DNA of 64,000 bases, taken from contig AP024664.1 of the NCBI GenBank assembly GCA_024346625.1, positions 2,604,001-2,668,000 on the forward strand. The letters are read 5' to 3'. Position numbers and translations under genes: made by a program. This DNA comes from Williopsis jadinii (lineage: Eukaryota). The first letter of the stretch is position 1. The number at the start of each line of letters is the position of its first letter. The notes under the pieces are model-generated. The model saw only the letters and a program-made list of their open reading frames with translations, searched no databases and had not been told where the DNA came from. This document shows positions 48,576-58,980 of this stretch, in pieces.

Positions 48576-51500
48576 TCATTCGTTCTCAACTTTGAGCTTC
48601 TTAATCGGATCTTGTGAAGTATTTAACGTCCTCTTTGCTGGTAACGTTGAGCTCAGTTGTACTGGCTCAGTAGTTCCTTGACGACTCGTAGATGGAGTGG
48701 CAGTGCCAGTATTATCCAGATGAGATTTACTGTGCTTCTTTCTCTTCAAAGCATCTGGTCCTTCAAACTCTCTTGTGACTGCAAGTAAAAGTGTACTGAC
48801 CCTTCTTGATAGCTCTTGTGGTGTTCGTGAGAGGAAAAACCAGTCAAACTTGAAATGTTCAGACTTGCGTATTTCTGTTTTCACCCTCTCATATAAATTA
48901 TCACTTACAAGTCCCAATCTATTCACCGTTATCAATAAAAATCGGTCCTCTAGTGCAGAATAAACTCTTTTCGAATTGTTTGGTGGATATTGGATAGTCA
49001 TATTGTTGAGCCCATCTTCAAATTGTTGAACCTTTTGAGCGAGTAGCTTTGTCTGAATCATCATCTTCTCTGCTTTCTTTTCACCGGTCTCTATCTGAGA
49101 AATGTACTTCTCGTAGCCTTCAATCTCCTGATAACGATTCCAAAAGGTTTTCGAATATCTGGCAACCTCTTCTTTTGATTTATTTGGATATTGCTTTGCA
49201 ATGAGATCAACATTCTCACGTCCAAATTTTGCACAATGTTGAATGAAATTAGTGAAGTCTCTTCTACTCCAGTTGCCAAATGCTTCATCAAGGTATTTTT
49301 GCTTCAGTTCCTCCTCCTCAAGAGTTAGAGGCTTTGCTGCCTTGATCTTTGCTTGGAGTTCCTTACGGCGTTTGTCTATTGATTTTGTGCCAGCCGATCC
49401 ATCTTCTTCAGAGTCAAAGTCATGGCTGGTCACTTTGTAGTTAACAGACTTCTTATAGTACAATTGTTCTTTATCCAATAAATCTTTCACTGCAGGGTTG
49501 AAGAATTGATGATCTTGCATATTGATAACTTTTGGGGCCCTTGGAGCCTTTGGTTGTGGTGTGCTCTTTGTTTGCAACACATCTTTATAATAATTATCAA
49601 CAGAATAAACGGCTTCCTTCCTTTCTCTCTTTGATGGATTAATCCACGAAAATGAATCACCATTGTTTCTTTTAGCAAAATTTTCACCATTCCATTCATA
49701 CGCAGAGTGTTCAGAGGTGAATTTTTGCAGATCGTCCAAACCAAGAGTTGAATATTTAGCATTCAACGTTGCGGTTCTCTCTTCACCTTTCTTCAAAATC
49801 TCATCGATATCAGTATCAACGTTGCTTGTCTTATTTTCAAATACTTCTTTTGCTCCGAATTGAATCATTCCCAAAAGATCATCTTTAGTGTTTCCTATTG
49901 GGTTACTCTTGTTGGACGCTCTCCCTTGTTGGATAACCAATTGATCAAGACGTAACTTTTGAGCCGCTCTTTCGATAACCTTTTCTTCTATTGCGTTTTC
50001 TGTGACAAATCTATACACATAGACTTGTTTTTTCTGCCCAATTCTATGTGCTCTGTCCATTGCTTGTAAATCAGCTTGAGGATTCCAATCAGAATCGTAT
50101 AAAATAACAATATCTGCAGATGTCAAATTTATACCCAAACCACCAGCTCTAGTTGTCAACAAAAATATGAATTTGTCTGAATCAGGGCTGTTGTAATCAT
50201 CGATTGCAGCAATACGTTCTTCATGAGATGTTGACCCATCTATACGACAGTACTCATAGTCCCTGAGATAACAATAATCTTCCAAAATATCAAGCAGACG
50301 ACTCATTTGGGAAAATATCAACACTCTTGAACCTTTTTCCTTCATTCTCTTCAATAGCTTGTCCAAGACCACCATCTTACCTGAATTGAACACCAAATGT
50401 TCATCTGTTGTGTATGGAGGACCAGGTTCTGCACCTTCAAATAAATATGGATGGTTACAACACTTACGTAATTGCATAACAATATTGAGAAGACGAGTTT
50501 TACCTTCTCGTTTACCAACAACACCATTTACAGCATCGATATCCTTTTCCAAAAGATTTTTGTACCATTTCAGTTGCATATCTGACATCCCCACGTATAG
50601 ATTCACCTCTTTTTTCGGTAAGAGCGATTTTTCAACATCTGCCTTTACCCTTCTAAGCAAAAATGGGCTCAGCACTTTATGCAGTTGTTGAACCACTGTG
50701 TCCTGATCAGACGAATCTTCCTTGTTCTCAAACCATTGGTCAAAAGCATCAGAATCTCCAAATACATCGGGCAATAAGAAGTTTAACAACGCCCACAACT
50801 CATGCAAGTTATTTTGTAATGGGGTTCCTGTAATGAGCAATCTCCCCTTTGAATAAAAGAGTCTGATGATTTGTGAGAGTGCACTCTCCTCATTTTTAAT
50901 TCTATGTGCCTCATCCACAACGATGTATTGCCATGCAATTTTCTTTAGCGACGCCTTTTCCCTTATAACCATCTCAAAAGATGTCACCAGTACGTCAAAT
51001 TTTGCCTCCAAGATGGTATTTTGTATGATATCAGATCTTTCCTCCTTGGTACCTTGCAGGACACAAACGTTCACGTCCGGCGTCCATTTCAAGAATTCCC
51101 TTCTCCAATTGTCCAACGTAGATTTTGGAACAATGACAATGAATGGACCGTCAATGTTTTTATAATACCGAAGATAACCTAAGAATGAAATCGTCTGGAG
51201 AGTTTTACCCAATCCCATTTCATCCGCTAGAATTCCTGATAGGCTGTTCTCATGAAGCGAGATTAGCCAATTAAGACCCTGAATCTGATACTCTCTCAGC
51301 TTTCCTTGGACATAACTAGGTGATTCAGACAGTACGGTAGTTGAATCATCCTCGTGCTCTTCATCCTCCATCAACTCTGCGTCCTCCTCCTGTTCTGTCT
51401 TTCTCCGGCGCGATGTGCGTTTATTCGACGATGTACGACTCGAATCTTGATCCAATTGCCTCAGAAGCTTCTTTATAGCTGGGTCTCTTGCAGAACGCAT

Positions 51501-51738
51501 ATCCAGAAAATGACGAAAGAGATCTGTCAACCCCAAGAGGTATTTGAACCTCTTTGTGGTGTCGCCTTTGTCCTTCAATTTCTCAGTTTTGGCGTCACTT
51601 TCGAGAAGAAATCGCTTCTTTCTCTCAACCTGTGTTTCCTACGAGAATATACGAGTTAGTATCGTTACAACGCGTCAACGAAAGCAAGGATTCACAGTGA
51701 TCACTCGCTGCTTATCTCAATTCTTTACTCACGGCCAT
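48576..51738 (-). CDS. ISW2: ISWI chromatin-remodelling ATPase; 6-nt exon 1 (51738-51733), intron 51732-51639
   Basis: [13 protein letters not shown] and [20 protein letters not shown] motifs plus HAND-SANT-SLIDE with IQYPPNN; close to CPA1 as in S. cerevisiae; GTGAGT...TACTAAC...TAG intron. Confidence 0.88.
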
Positions 51739-52400
51739 CGTTATATTTCAACGCTATCTCCCGTGTTCACTTGTTTTGATTTATACCAAACGTATCGCTC
51801 TTAGATCACAATCGTGTTGCTAGCCGCCCGAGCTTTCCTTCTCCAAAACACAAAGAGTAATACCGATGATCTCAATTGTAAACAAACAGAATACCAACAA
51901 AGAATCGGTGTATAAGTTTGAAAAGGACGAAGGAATTTCCAAAACCCTTCTCTTAAAAAAAAGAGAACCACAAAAACAAATTGGAAAAGGGAAAATCCAC
52001 AAAAAAATTCCAAAAAAAAGGTTCTGTTTAAAACCTCCAAAACAAAAACAGAACTACAAAAACCAAGAGCGAGACGTATGTATGCAATACTGCACAATTT
52101 TTTAACGGTGCATCTCAAGTAAGGCCCCCAAAAAAAAGAGAAGAATCTTATGCTGCGCATACCGTGTCTTTATGTTTTCTTTTTCTTTCTTTTTGTCGTT
52201 TCGCGGTGCTAATTGGGTACATGTGGCGCGTACCATGTGTATAAGGGCGCGCTTGTGTATTTTGTTAGTGTTTGCTGTTGTCTTCAACTTTCAAGTATTT
52301 GTAGTAATTTCACTTGTATTAGACATCTCAGTCAGCGGCTCTATACCTTATATGGGTTCATTTTGATCGTTAATTCTTGCACAATACCGTGGAGGGAACG

Positions 52401-52778
52401 ATGTCCAGAGAAGATGAGGCGAGAGCATTCCATTATGCGGTATACGATATGGTTCAATCCATACCCTATGGTAAAGTAACTTCCTATGGCCATATAGCCA
52501 AGTTGGTCTATAAACCGAGAAACTCCAGACATGTAGGGCAAGCGCTGAAATCTTTACCATCGGAGGGGGTTGTAAAGGATTATCCGTATTCACAAGAAAA
52601 CGTTCCATGGTGGCGTGTTATATCGAGCGCGGGTGTAATCAGTGTTAGAGACCGTGATGCAATGCAACGGCAAGCTGCGATGCTAAGGAGAGAAGGCGTT
52701 GAAGTTGGTGAAGGTAATTACAAGATAAGTCTCGTAGATTATGGATGGTTTCCGGAAACTGAATTTGATGACTACTGA
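52401..52778 (+). CDS. ATL1: Alkyltransferase-like protein (ATL; non-catalytic O6-alkylguanine sensor)
   Basis: IPYGKVTSYGHIA and SRHVGQAL HTH motifs; PWWRV in place of catalytic PCHRV. Confidence 0.85.
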   Translation: MSREDEARAFHYAVYDMVQSIPYGKVTSYGHIAKLVYKPRNSRHVGQALKSLPSEGVVKDYPYSQENVPWWRVISSAGVISVRDRDAMQRQAAMLRREGVEVGEGNYKISLVDYGWFPETEFDDY

Positions 52779-52813
52779 TGTTGAATTGTTTACTACCTAT
52801 GTATATGCTCATC

Positions 52814-55800
52814 CTATGGGACTGATTGCTTTCGATAACGTCTGGTGTTGTTGTTGTTGTTGTTGCTGTTGACCCGTTTCTTATGCTTGCGCTTGTTATC
52901 GGCTTGCCCATTATGACTGTTATTATTCATGTTCATCTGTGCCATTTCCTCTTGTACACGACGGCTTTCTTCCTCCCACCATTGGGCAAATTCTTCTTCC
53001 TGTTGAATTTCAACCAACGACTTCACAGGCGTACGCTTAGCCTCAACAACCTTGTGCTGCTCTTCATGGATGATCCCCTTTAACGAAGGAGTGGTAGTGC
53101 TAAGAGCCTCTTCCCTGGCTTCCGATATTGAAAGAGTCAATGACGATGAAGAACTTGCACTGGGGATATTCCATGGTGAGTGAGATTTGGATGGGGTAGT
53201 GATGGTTTTATCCTCTTGTTGTTTCATCAGCTTTTTGCGTTCTTTTTGAGAAAGCCTCTTGCTGGAGAAATTAACTTTTGGTGTATTAGCAGAGTTACTG
53301 AGACCATTCTCAGTATCGAGTGGCAACCACGCAGAGTTACTGCATGGAGAACTAGGAATTGATAAAGGTGATGACCAACTTGAAGGTGTACCAACTGATT
53401 TAGAACTCACAGCGCTGTAATTAGGCCATGCACTATCACCGGGTTGCTTGGAATGTCCTCCTTTAACAATTGGAATGTTCTTTGGTGAAGTCCCAACAAT
53501 CCTTGACGGAGTGGAAATTGTACCATTGCCTCTAAAGCTAGACGTTGTTGTGATGGAAACAGAAGGTGAAGAAGAGGATGATCTGCGACTAGCAGATGAT
53601 TTCCGACGACGATTTATCACCGGCTGGAAATCATCCTCAACGAACTCAATAGCAGTGCTGTCCTGTGCCATTGCAGCTGATTTCCTCAAGTAGTCCGCAA
53701 AACTCTTTGTTGAAATAGGAGTTGAAGTACTGCTTGCTCTATGAGGTGTGCAATCTGCCTCAGGAACAGCCACATGCTCTTTGGTCTTCTTCGGTGCCAG
53801 TTTTGGCGATTTGACAACAACTTTTTTCTCTGGTTCATCAAAAAGTGGGACGAAATCATCATAGGTTAGGAATATATCATTGAAATCCCTTCTAGAATCG
53901 AGAAATTGTTTTAGAAGTTCATCACTGTCTCTGTCATACCAATGTGCTTGAAAGTCAGCATGAACATATTTGTTGACTCTTTGTAACCATCTGCAGTACT
54001 TGTCAATTCTGATGATTGTAGACTTATTCAAAAGCCCATAGTTCATATCATTGATATGGTGATCAACATTGTTATAGATGAACCATAGACATTCACCTAC
54101 CAGCTTCTGACAATCAAGAAGTTCTGCATGATGCAGAATCAACAAGACATTATCTGAGTCGATAAAGTCCTTAATCATCAGTTGTGCGAAATCTTTCAAC
54201 CCGAATAGTAAAAGTTCATCGCTGACTTCGATAATTTCGAAACAAAAGTTTATAAAGTCTGCTGCAACAGTGTATTTCTTATCATCGAGAAGTGTTAACT
54301 GTTCGGCACCGTAGATATAATCCAAAACGACATCAAAAACATCTTTACCAATGTGAGTGAACTCAAGTGCAGTATTGGAGTCCCATCTTTCGGAGAACAA
54401 CGTTTCGAAATATGCACTTCTCGCTTTCAGAACTGTCGACCAACAATACACAGTGTGGTTATCCCTTAGTTTTATCGACACATCATTGACAATAAGACTG
54501 TGATTGCTTAGAGCTGTATGTATGTCATAAGTCAATCTATTCAGAGAGTCTGTGAGCCTTATATTCTCCAACAATACACGAGTTTCATGCTTCACTTTTT
54601 TCATTAATGGTGATACTTCCTCTGAATCCTCCCAAGGTTTCAAGTATTCACCTGTGTACAGGACATTGAGCATTATCAACAAAGTCAAAGGTTCAAGGTT
54701 TTCCACTTGAATAACACTGCGTTTATCAACCTTCTGAAATCTGAAATCCTCAATCAACAGGTCTTCATTTTCGATATCGCCAAACTTTTCAATGAGGAAT
54801 AAAAGTCCTTTATGTACCCCGAAAATATCACCACCAACATCAAAGAACAGATCATATCCTTTGTCATTATCGAAACATGTACTAAACAGTTTCATATCAC
54901 AATGGCTCAAGTGCATAAGGTGTTCTGTGTCAATTTGTTGGAAAGTGTTATCAATAGTTTGTGTCATAGTCCATCTATCTTTGTAACACTTGTACAGTAA
55001 GTCACCCGGCGTTTGTTCCCCATCATTGGATTCCTCAGCTGCTTTCTGGAAATCATTGGAGCCATCTTCTAGGGATTCATACTCTGGTTTGTTTAGGAAA
55101 TTTATCGTGTAGCTTTCGTATGTATCTGGGCTGATAAGTTCAGAACGTCTTCTACCAGAGACACATGCACGCAGTGGTGAAAGATGGCCGATATCAATAA
55201 GGAATCTATTTTTGAATAGCTCAAGTGGTAGTTGATCGACATCGTCTTTAATAAATCCAAAAGATGTGAACAGAGAGTCACAGAACACCTTGACAATTTT
55301 TGAGAGACGTTCAATTTTGGTGAATTTGAAATCGATCTTGTTCTTACGGTACACTCGTTTATAACAGCATCCCGACTTCACCACGATGATGACAGACCCA
55401 TCAGATCCAATGTCAACATCTGTACACTTCAGGTGACTGTTTCTAGGTGTCCAGACTTCAGATGTCTTGATATTTGAGCTTTTAGAGAACTCATCCACTC
55501 CAAAGCTCGAAACACTTCCATCATCGTAAAGAATTGCAACGTGACATGAATTCTTACCAACAAGTTTAACAATTGATCTCTTCCTAGAGAGCCCTGTGGG
55601 TCTAAAGAACTTAAACTCATCATTGAATGCCTTGAATAGAGGAATCTGGAATCTGATTTTATTACCGTGCGTGAGAATATGACACTCGTCGGATTCCAGT
55701 AGAACAAATGTTGCCTCTTCCGTAGCTAGTACCTGTTTTATAACGTTTGGGAATTCAACAACCCTTGGATGCTGTACTATTCCCTTCAATTTCCCATGAT

Positions 55801-56869
55801 ATACTGTTTCCCCGGTGCTTACAATGTCCATTTGACCAACGTTCAGCCCCCAAACAATGAGTGATCTTTCGGAATACGCACAACTGTGAACCTTAGAGCA
55901 TGCAATCCCCTTTACTTTAATCCTTTTTAATCCATTAACGACTCGTTTCGGAGTATCACTAAAGGTGTCAGGTTTACTCCTTACAATCTCAGTGGGGTAA
56001 CCAAGCTGATAGAAGTTATTCAAACCCCAGGAGTATACATGGCCATTGGATGTCAGCACCAAAGAATGGTCATCGCTAACGACGACAGACCGGATATGCT
56101 CATCCTCAAAGTAGTTCAGCTGTGTGAGCTTATACTGTGGTATAGAATTCCCTGTCCCCAAGCGACCCCTGGAGGCATTTCCCGCAACAAGCACGTTGTT
56201 ATACGGCTCGTTTGTGAGAACGACTGAGTGGTTCTTCGATATCGCAAACTCTTTGATCCGTGGCTTCACAAGTCGATCTGCTATGCCCAGGGATTCATTC
56301 CGTAGTCTAAAATTGAGTACTTCGATCTTAAACGGCGTTTTCAACCGATCGTCAGCATCTCCAGTGGCCAGCTGGTAGTTCACATTCACTCCCATCGTGA
56401 AGATATCTGACCCGCCACGTGTATCCTTATCCCACCATATCAGTGGATCCTCGCACTTGTCCTCCGGAAACCTCTGCACAAAGTTGGTATCGTGCTTGCC
56501 AATACTCTGTGGCCAGATCCTCAGGTTTCTCTGCGAATACTGTAAGTGGTATATGTCCATTGCCGTGAGCCCATTGCGGTCCTTAACCTTCACCAGGTCG
56601 CTGTTATGATGCACCAAGAGACGCGCACAACTCAGTCTCCCATAGAATATCGCATAGTGAAGACCTGTCCACAGATTCTCCCGATCTGTGAGAGTGGCAG
56701 AGCACTGTGGGTTAGACAACAGCGACTCAAGCAGGTCAAAGCGTCCCAGTAAACAAACCAGATGGATTAGCGCCCGCCCAAATACGTCTCTCGACTCGAG
56801 CTGGGCCTTGCTGAGCTTCTTGAGCCGTTCTTTGAGGACACTGGTGGACTCAGAGATGTCACCAGCCAT
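52814..56869 (-). CDS. Ankyrin-RCC1-BTB protein (IBTK / S. pombe Btb1-like Cul3 adaptor)
   Basis: Ankyrin repeats (DVFGRALIHL, ENLWTGLHYA), RCC1 repeats (VYSWGLNNFYQLG), BTB (LKARSAYFETLF), LSQKERKK and EIQQEEEFAQWW; likely ATG 56869. Confidence 0.85.
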   Translation of the reverse strand: MAGDISESTSVLKERLKKLSKAQLESRDVFGRALIHLVCLLGRFDLLESLLSNPQCSATLTDRENLWTGLHYAIFYGRLSCARLLVHHNSDLVKVKDRNGLTAMDIYHLQYSQRNLRIWPQSIGKHDTNFVQRFPEDKCEDPLIWWDKDTRGGSDIFTMGVNVNYQLATGDADDRLKTPFKIEVLNFRLRNESLGIADRLVKPRIKEFAISKNHSVVLTNEPYNNVLVAGNASRGRLGTGNSIPQYKLTQLNYFEDEHIRSVVVSDDHSLVLTSNGHVYSWGLNNFYQLGYPTEIVRSKPDTFSDTPKRVVNGLKRIKVKGIACSKVHSCAYSERSLIVWGLNVGQMDIVSTGETVYHGKLKGIVQHPRVVEFPNVIKQVLATEEATFVLLESDECHILTHGNKIRFQIPLFKAFNDEFKFFRPTGLSRKRSIVKLVGKNSCHVAILYDDGSVSSFGVDEFSKSSNIKTSEVWTPRNSHLKCTDVDIGSDGSVIIVVKSGCCYKRVYRKNKIDFKFTKIERLSKIVKVFCDSLFTSFGFIKDDVDQLPLELFKNRFLIDIGHLSPLRACVSGRRRSELISPDTYESYTINFLNKPEYESLEDGSNDFQKAAEESNDGEQTPGDLLYKCYKDRWTMTQTIDNTFQQIDTEHLMHLSHCDMKLFSTCFDNDKGYDLFFDVGGDIFGVHKGLLFLIEKFGDIENEDLLIEDFRFQKVDKRSVIQVENLEPLTLLIMLNVLYTGEYLKPWEDSEEVSPLMKKVKHETRVLLENIRLTDSLNRLTYDIHTALSNHSLIVNDVSIKLRDNHTVYCWSTVLKARSAYFETLFSERWDSNTALEFTHIGKDVFDVVLDYIYGAEQLTLLDDKKYTVAADFINFCFEIIEVSDELLLFGLKDFAQLMIKDFIDSDNVLLILHHAELLDCQKLVGECLWFIYNNVDHHINDMNYGLLNKSTIIRIDKYCRWLQRVNKYVHADFQAHWYDRDSDELLKQFLDSRRDFNDIFLTYDDFVPLFDEPEKKVVVKSPKLAPKKTKEHVAVPEADCTPHRASSTSTPISTKSFADYLRKSAAMAQDSTAIEFVEDDFQPVINRRRKSSASRRSSSSSPSVSITTTSSFRGNGTISTPSRIVGTSPKNIPIVKGGHSKQPGDSAWPNYSAVSSKSVGTPSSWSSPLSIPSSPCSNSAWLPLDTENGLSNSANTPKVNFSSKRLSQKERKKLMKQQEDKTITTPSKSHSPWNIPSASSSSSLTLSISEAREEALSTTTPSLKGIIHEEQHKVVEAKRTPVKSLVEIQQEEEFAQWWEEESRRVQEEMAQMNMNNNSHNGQADNKRKHKKRVNSNNNNNNTRRYRKQSVP

Positions 56870-56953
56870 TTCAGCAGCAGCAGAGAGAGAGCTTTGGTGT
56901 GCAAGTTGCTGTTGTAGCAGGTGCCTTCCACCGTCTATAAACCTATGTCTTTG

Positions 56954-56954
<1 letters not shown>

Positions 56955-56990
<36 letters not shown>
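56955..56990. repeat. (GTT)~12 microsatellite upstream of the BTB gene
   Basis: Read directly from the sequence. Confidence 0.9.
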
Positions 56991-56991
<1 letters not shown>

Positions 56992-57182
56992 TCTCTTCGC
57001 GTTTCAATCCCTCGGCGTGTTGCGCTTGACGACGCGAGGGCGGTGGTGATCCACGTGAACACACTGTGAGCAACGTGGAGAGACGAGCCGATGACTGGGG
57101 GAGGATGTTACTTCAGCTAAGAAACTATAGGGAAATAAACATGAGATGGCATACTGGTTATATATGGAGCTTGTATATATGC

Positions 57183-58481
57183 TCATTGGACTCTCACCTT
57201 GGACAAGATGTTGACCAACAAGTCGTTTGGCTTGTTGCTGACAGCGCCAACAAGCTCGCCCTGTTTGAGCTTGTAGTCTCTAATGTTGTCAAAGTACTTG
57301 TCGAACAAGTAGGAGGAGTCCAATGGGCCACCCTTAGCCTCTGGGTGGAATTGTGTGGAGAAGATTGGTCTTGAGGTGTGGATCATACCTTCGTTGGACT
57401 GGTCGTTCAGGTTAACAAAGTATGGCTTCCAGTCAGCTGGTAGGGTAGTCTCATCAACAGCATAACCGTGGTTTTGAGAGGTGATGTGACATTTACCCGT
57501 GGTCAAGTCCAGAGCTGGGATGTTGTGTGCTCTGTTACCGTACTTCATCTTGACGGTCTTTGCACCGGCAGCCAAGGCAAGGAGCTGGTGACCGAGACAG
57601 ATACCGAAGATTGGCCCCTGGTATGATTCCATGGTCTTCTGCAAGTTGTAGACTGTGGAGGAACAGTGGGTTGGATCACCTGGACCGTTGGAGATGAAGA
57701 TACCGTCAAAGTTGCTTGCAATCTCCTGGATTGGGTAGTCGTAAGGGAACACTGTAACAGAGGCACCTCTAGAGACAAGGGATCTCAAAATGTTCTCCTT
57801 GACACCGCAGTCAATAACGGCAACGTGGTAATCACCAGTTGAGGCAACGTGGAATGGTGCCTTGGTGGAAACCTTGTGAACCAGGTTCACAGAGCCAGGA
57901 TCAACAAAGGCTTCGTCCTCATCGGCGTCGTACTCTTCACCAATGGAGATACGGGCAAGAGAAGAACCTTGTTCTCTCAAGAAAGTGACGATGGCTCTGG
58001 TGTCAACACCGGTGATGGCGGCAACACCCTCCTTTTGGCACCACTCACTCAAGGATTGGACAGCTGTCCAATGCGAGTACTTGAGAGCAACGTCAGCGAC
58101 AACAATACCGATACATTGTGCGTGTGGAGACTCAAAGTACTTGAGGAGGTTGTACTGGTCACGGGTCTCGCCGGATGGGACACCGTAGTTACCAATCAAA
58201 GGTTGTGTAAAGACCAGAATCTGACCCTTGTAAGAAGGATCGGTCATAGACTCAGGGTACCCAACGATGGAGGTCGTGAAAACAGCCTCACCAGAGACGT
58301 TTTTGTTGGCACCAAATGAGTAGCCATCAAACACAGGTCCGTTTCTGATGGTGAAGGTGGCTCTGTCAAGCTTCGATGCGGAAGTGAGGTTCGAGCTGCT
58401 GGTGGCCAAAGAACGAACAGAGCTCAATCTGTGGAAAACAGCTCTTGACTTGATGAAGTTTCTGGCAATGAGAGTAGACAT
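57183..58481 (-). CDS. CPA1: Arginine-specific carbamoyl-phosphate synthase small subunit
   Basis: [31 protein letters not shown] and QFHPEA motifs. Confidence 0.96.
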   Translation of the reverse strand: MSTLIARNFIKSRAVFHRLSSVRSLATSSSNLTSASKLDRATFTIRNGPVFDGYSFGANKNVSGEAVFTTSIVGYPESMTDPSYKGQILVFTQPLIGNYGVPSGETRDQYNLLKYFESPHAQCIGIVVADVALKYSHWTAVQSLSEWCQKEGVAAITGVDTRAIVTFLREQGSSLARISIGEEYDADEDEAFVDPGSVNLVHKVSTKAPFHVASTGDYHVAVIDCGVKENILRSLVSRGASVTVFPYDYPIQEIASNFDGIFISNGPGDPTHCSSTVYNLQKTMESYQGPIFGICLGHQLLALAAGAKTVKMKYGNRAHNIPALDLTTGKCHITSQNHGYAVDETTLPADWKPYFVNLNDQSNEGMIHTSRPIFSTQFHPEAKGGPLDSSYLFDKYFDNIRDYKLKQGELVGAVSNKPNDLLVNILSKVRVQ

Positions 58482-58536
58482 GGTTCAGGTGTTTCAAAGA
58501 TAATAGATAGACAAGTGATGGGGAGAAGTTGTTGTT

Positions 58537-58608
58537 TTAGTGTTGGCTGGTTTTCCAAATGTGATCAGAGATGTAGTCCTGGCAAGTGAATTCTGTGGCA
58601 AATTTCAT
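58537..58608 (-). CDS. uORF encoding the arginine attenuator peptide (23 aa, MKFATEFTCQDYISDHIWKTSQH)
   Basis: Translated directly; the TCQDYISDHIWKTS core matches the S. cerevisiae CPA1 AAP (YOR302W). Ends 55 nt before the CPA1 ATG. Confidence 0.95.
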   Translation of the reverse strand: MKFATEFTCQDYISDHIWKTSQH

Positions 58609-58833
58609 AAAACAAATTCGGCCTCAATTAACACGGTAGTTCTCTCTATCTTAACGCAGTCAGAGAGGATCTTTCAATTGGGCAATTGAGTTATAGGAGA
58701 ATTTATCTATGTTTGTTCTGTTATTCCAAGTTCTTGGAAGTTGATCAGAAGGGAACAGGGAAAAAATCTCTATGAGAATTTTTCACGTCGATGGGGTCAG
58801 GTTTTTTTTTTCTCCCTGCCGCTGCTTATCTAC

Positions 58834-58840
58834 TGACTCA
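58834..58840. promoter_or_regulatory. Gcn4/AP-1 site TGACTCA upstream of CPA1
   Basis: Exact consensus ~225 bp upstream of the uORF of an amino-acid biosynthesis gene. Confidence 0.55.
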
Positions 58841-58980
58841 CACCTAAAAAAACAGCCAGAAGGACAACAAAAAACACGCTAGGCTGCCGTCGTGGGCGTA
58901 ACCACATGACATCAACACTTTTGCAAAGGGCCGTGTATGGTGTGTTACGTAATGGTGGATTCGAAACAAGCTATTCCATT

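Noticed and set aside
56870..57073. N-terminal poly-Thr extension of the BTB protein
   Set aside because: Starts at a non-ATG codon and runs through a microsatellite; the first ATG is at 56869.
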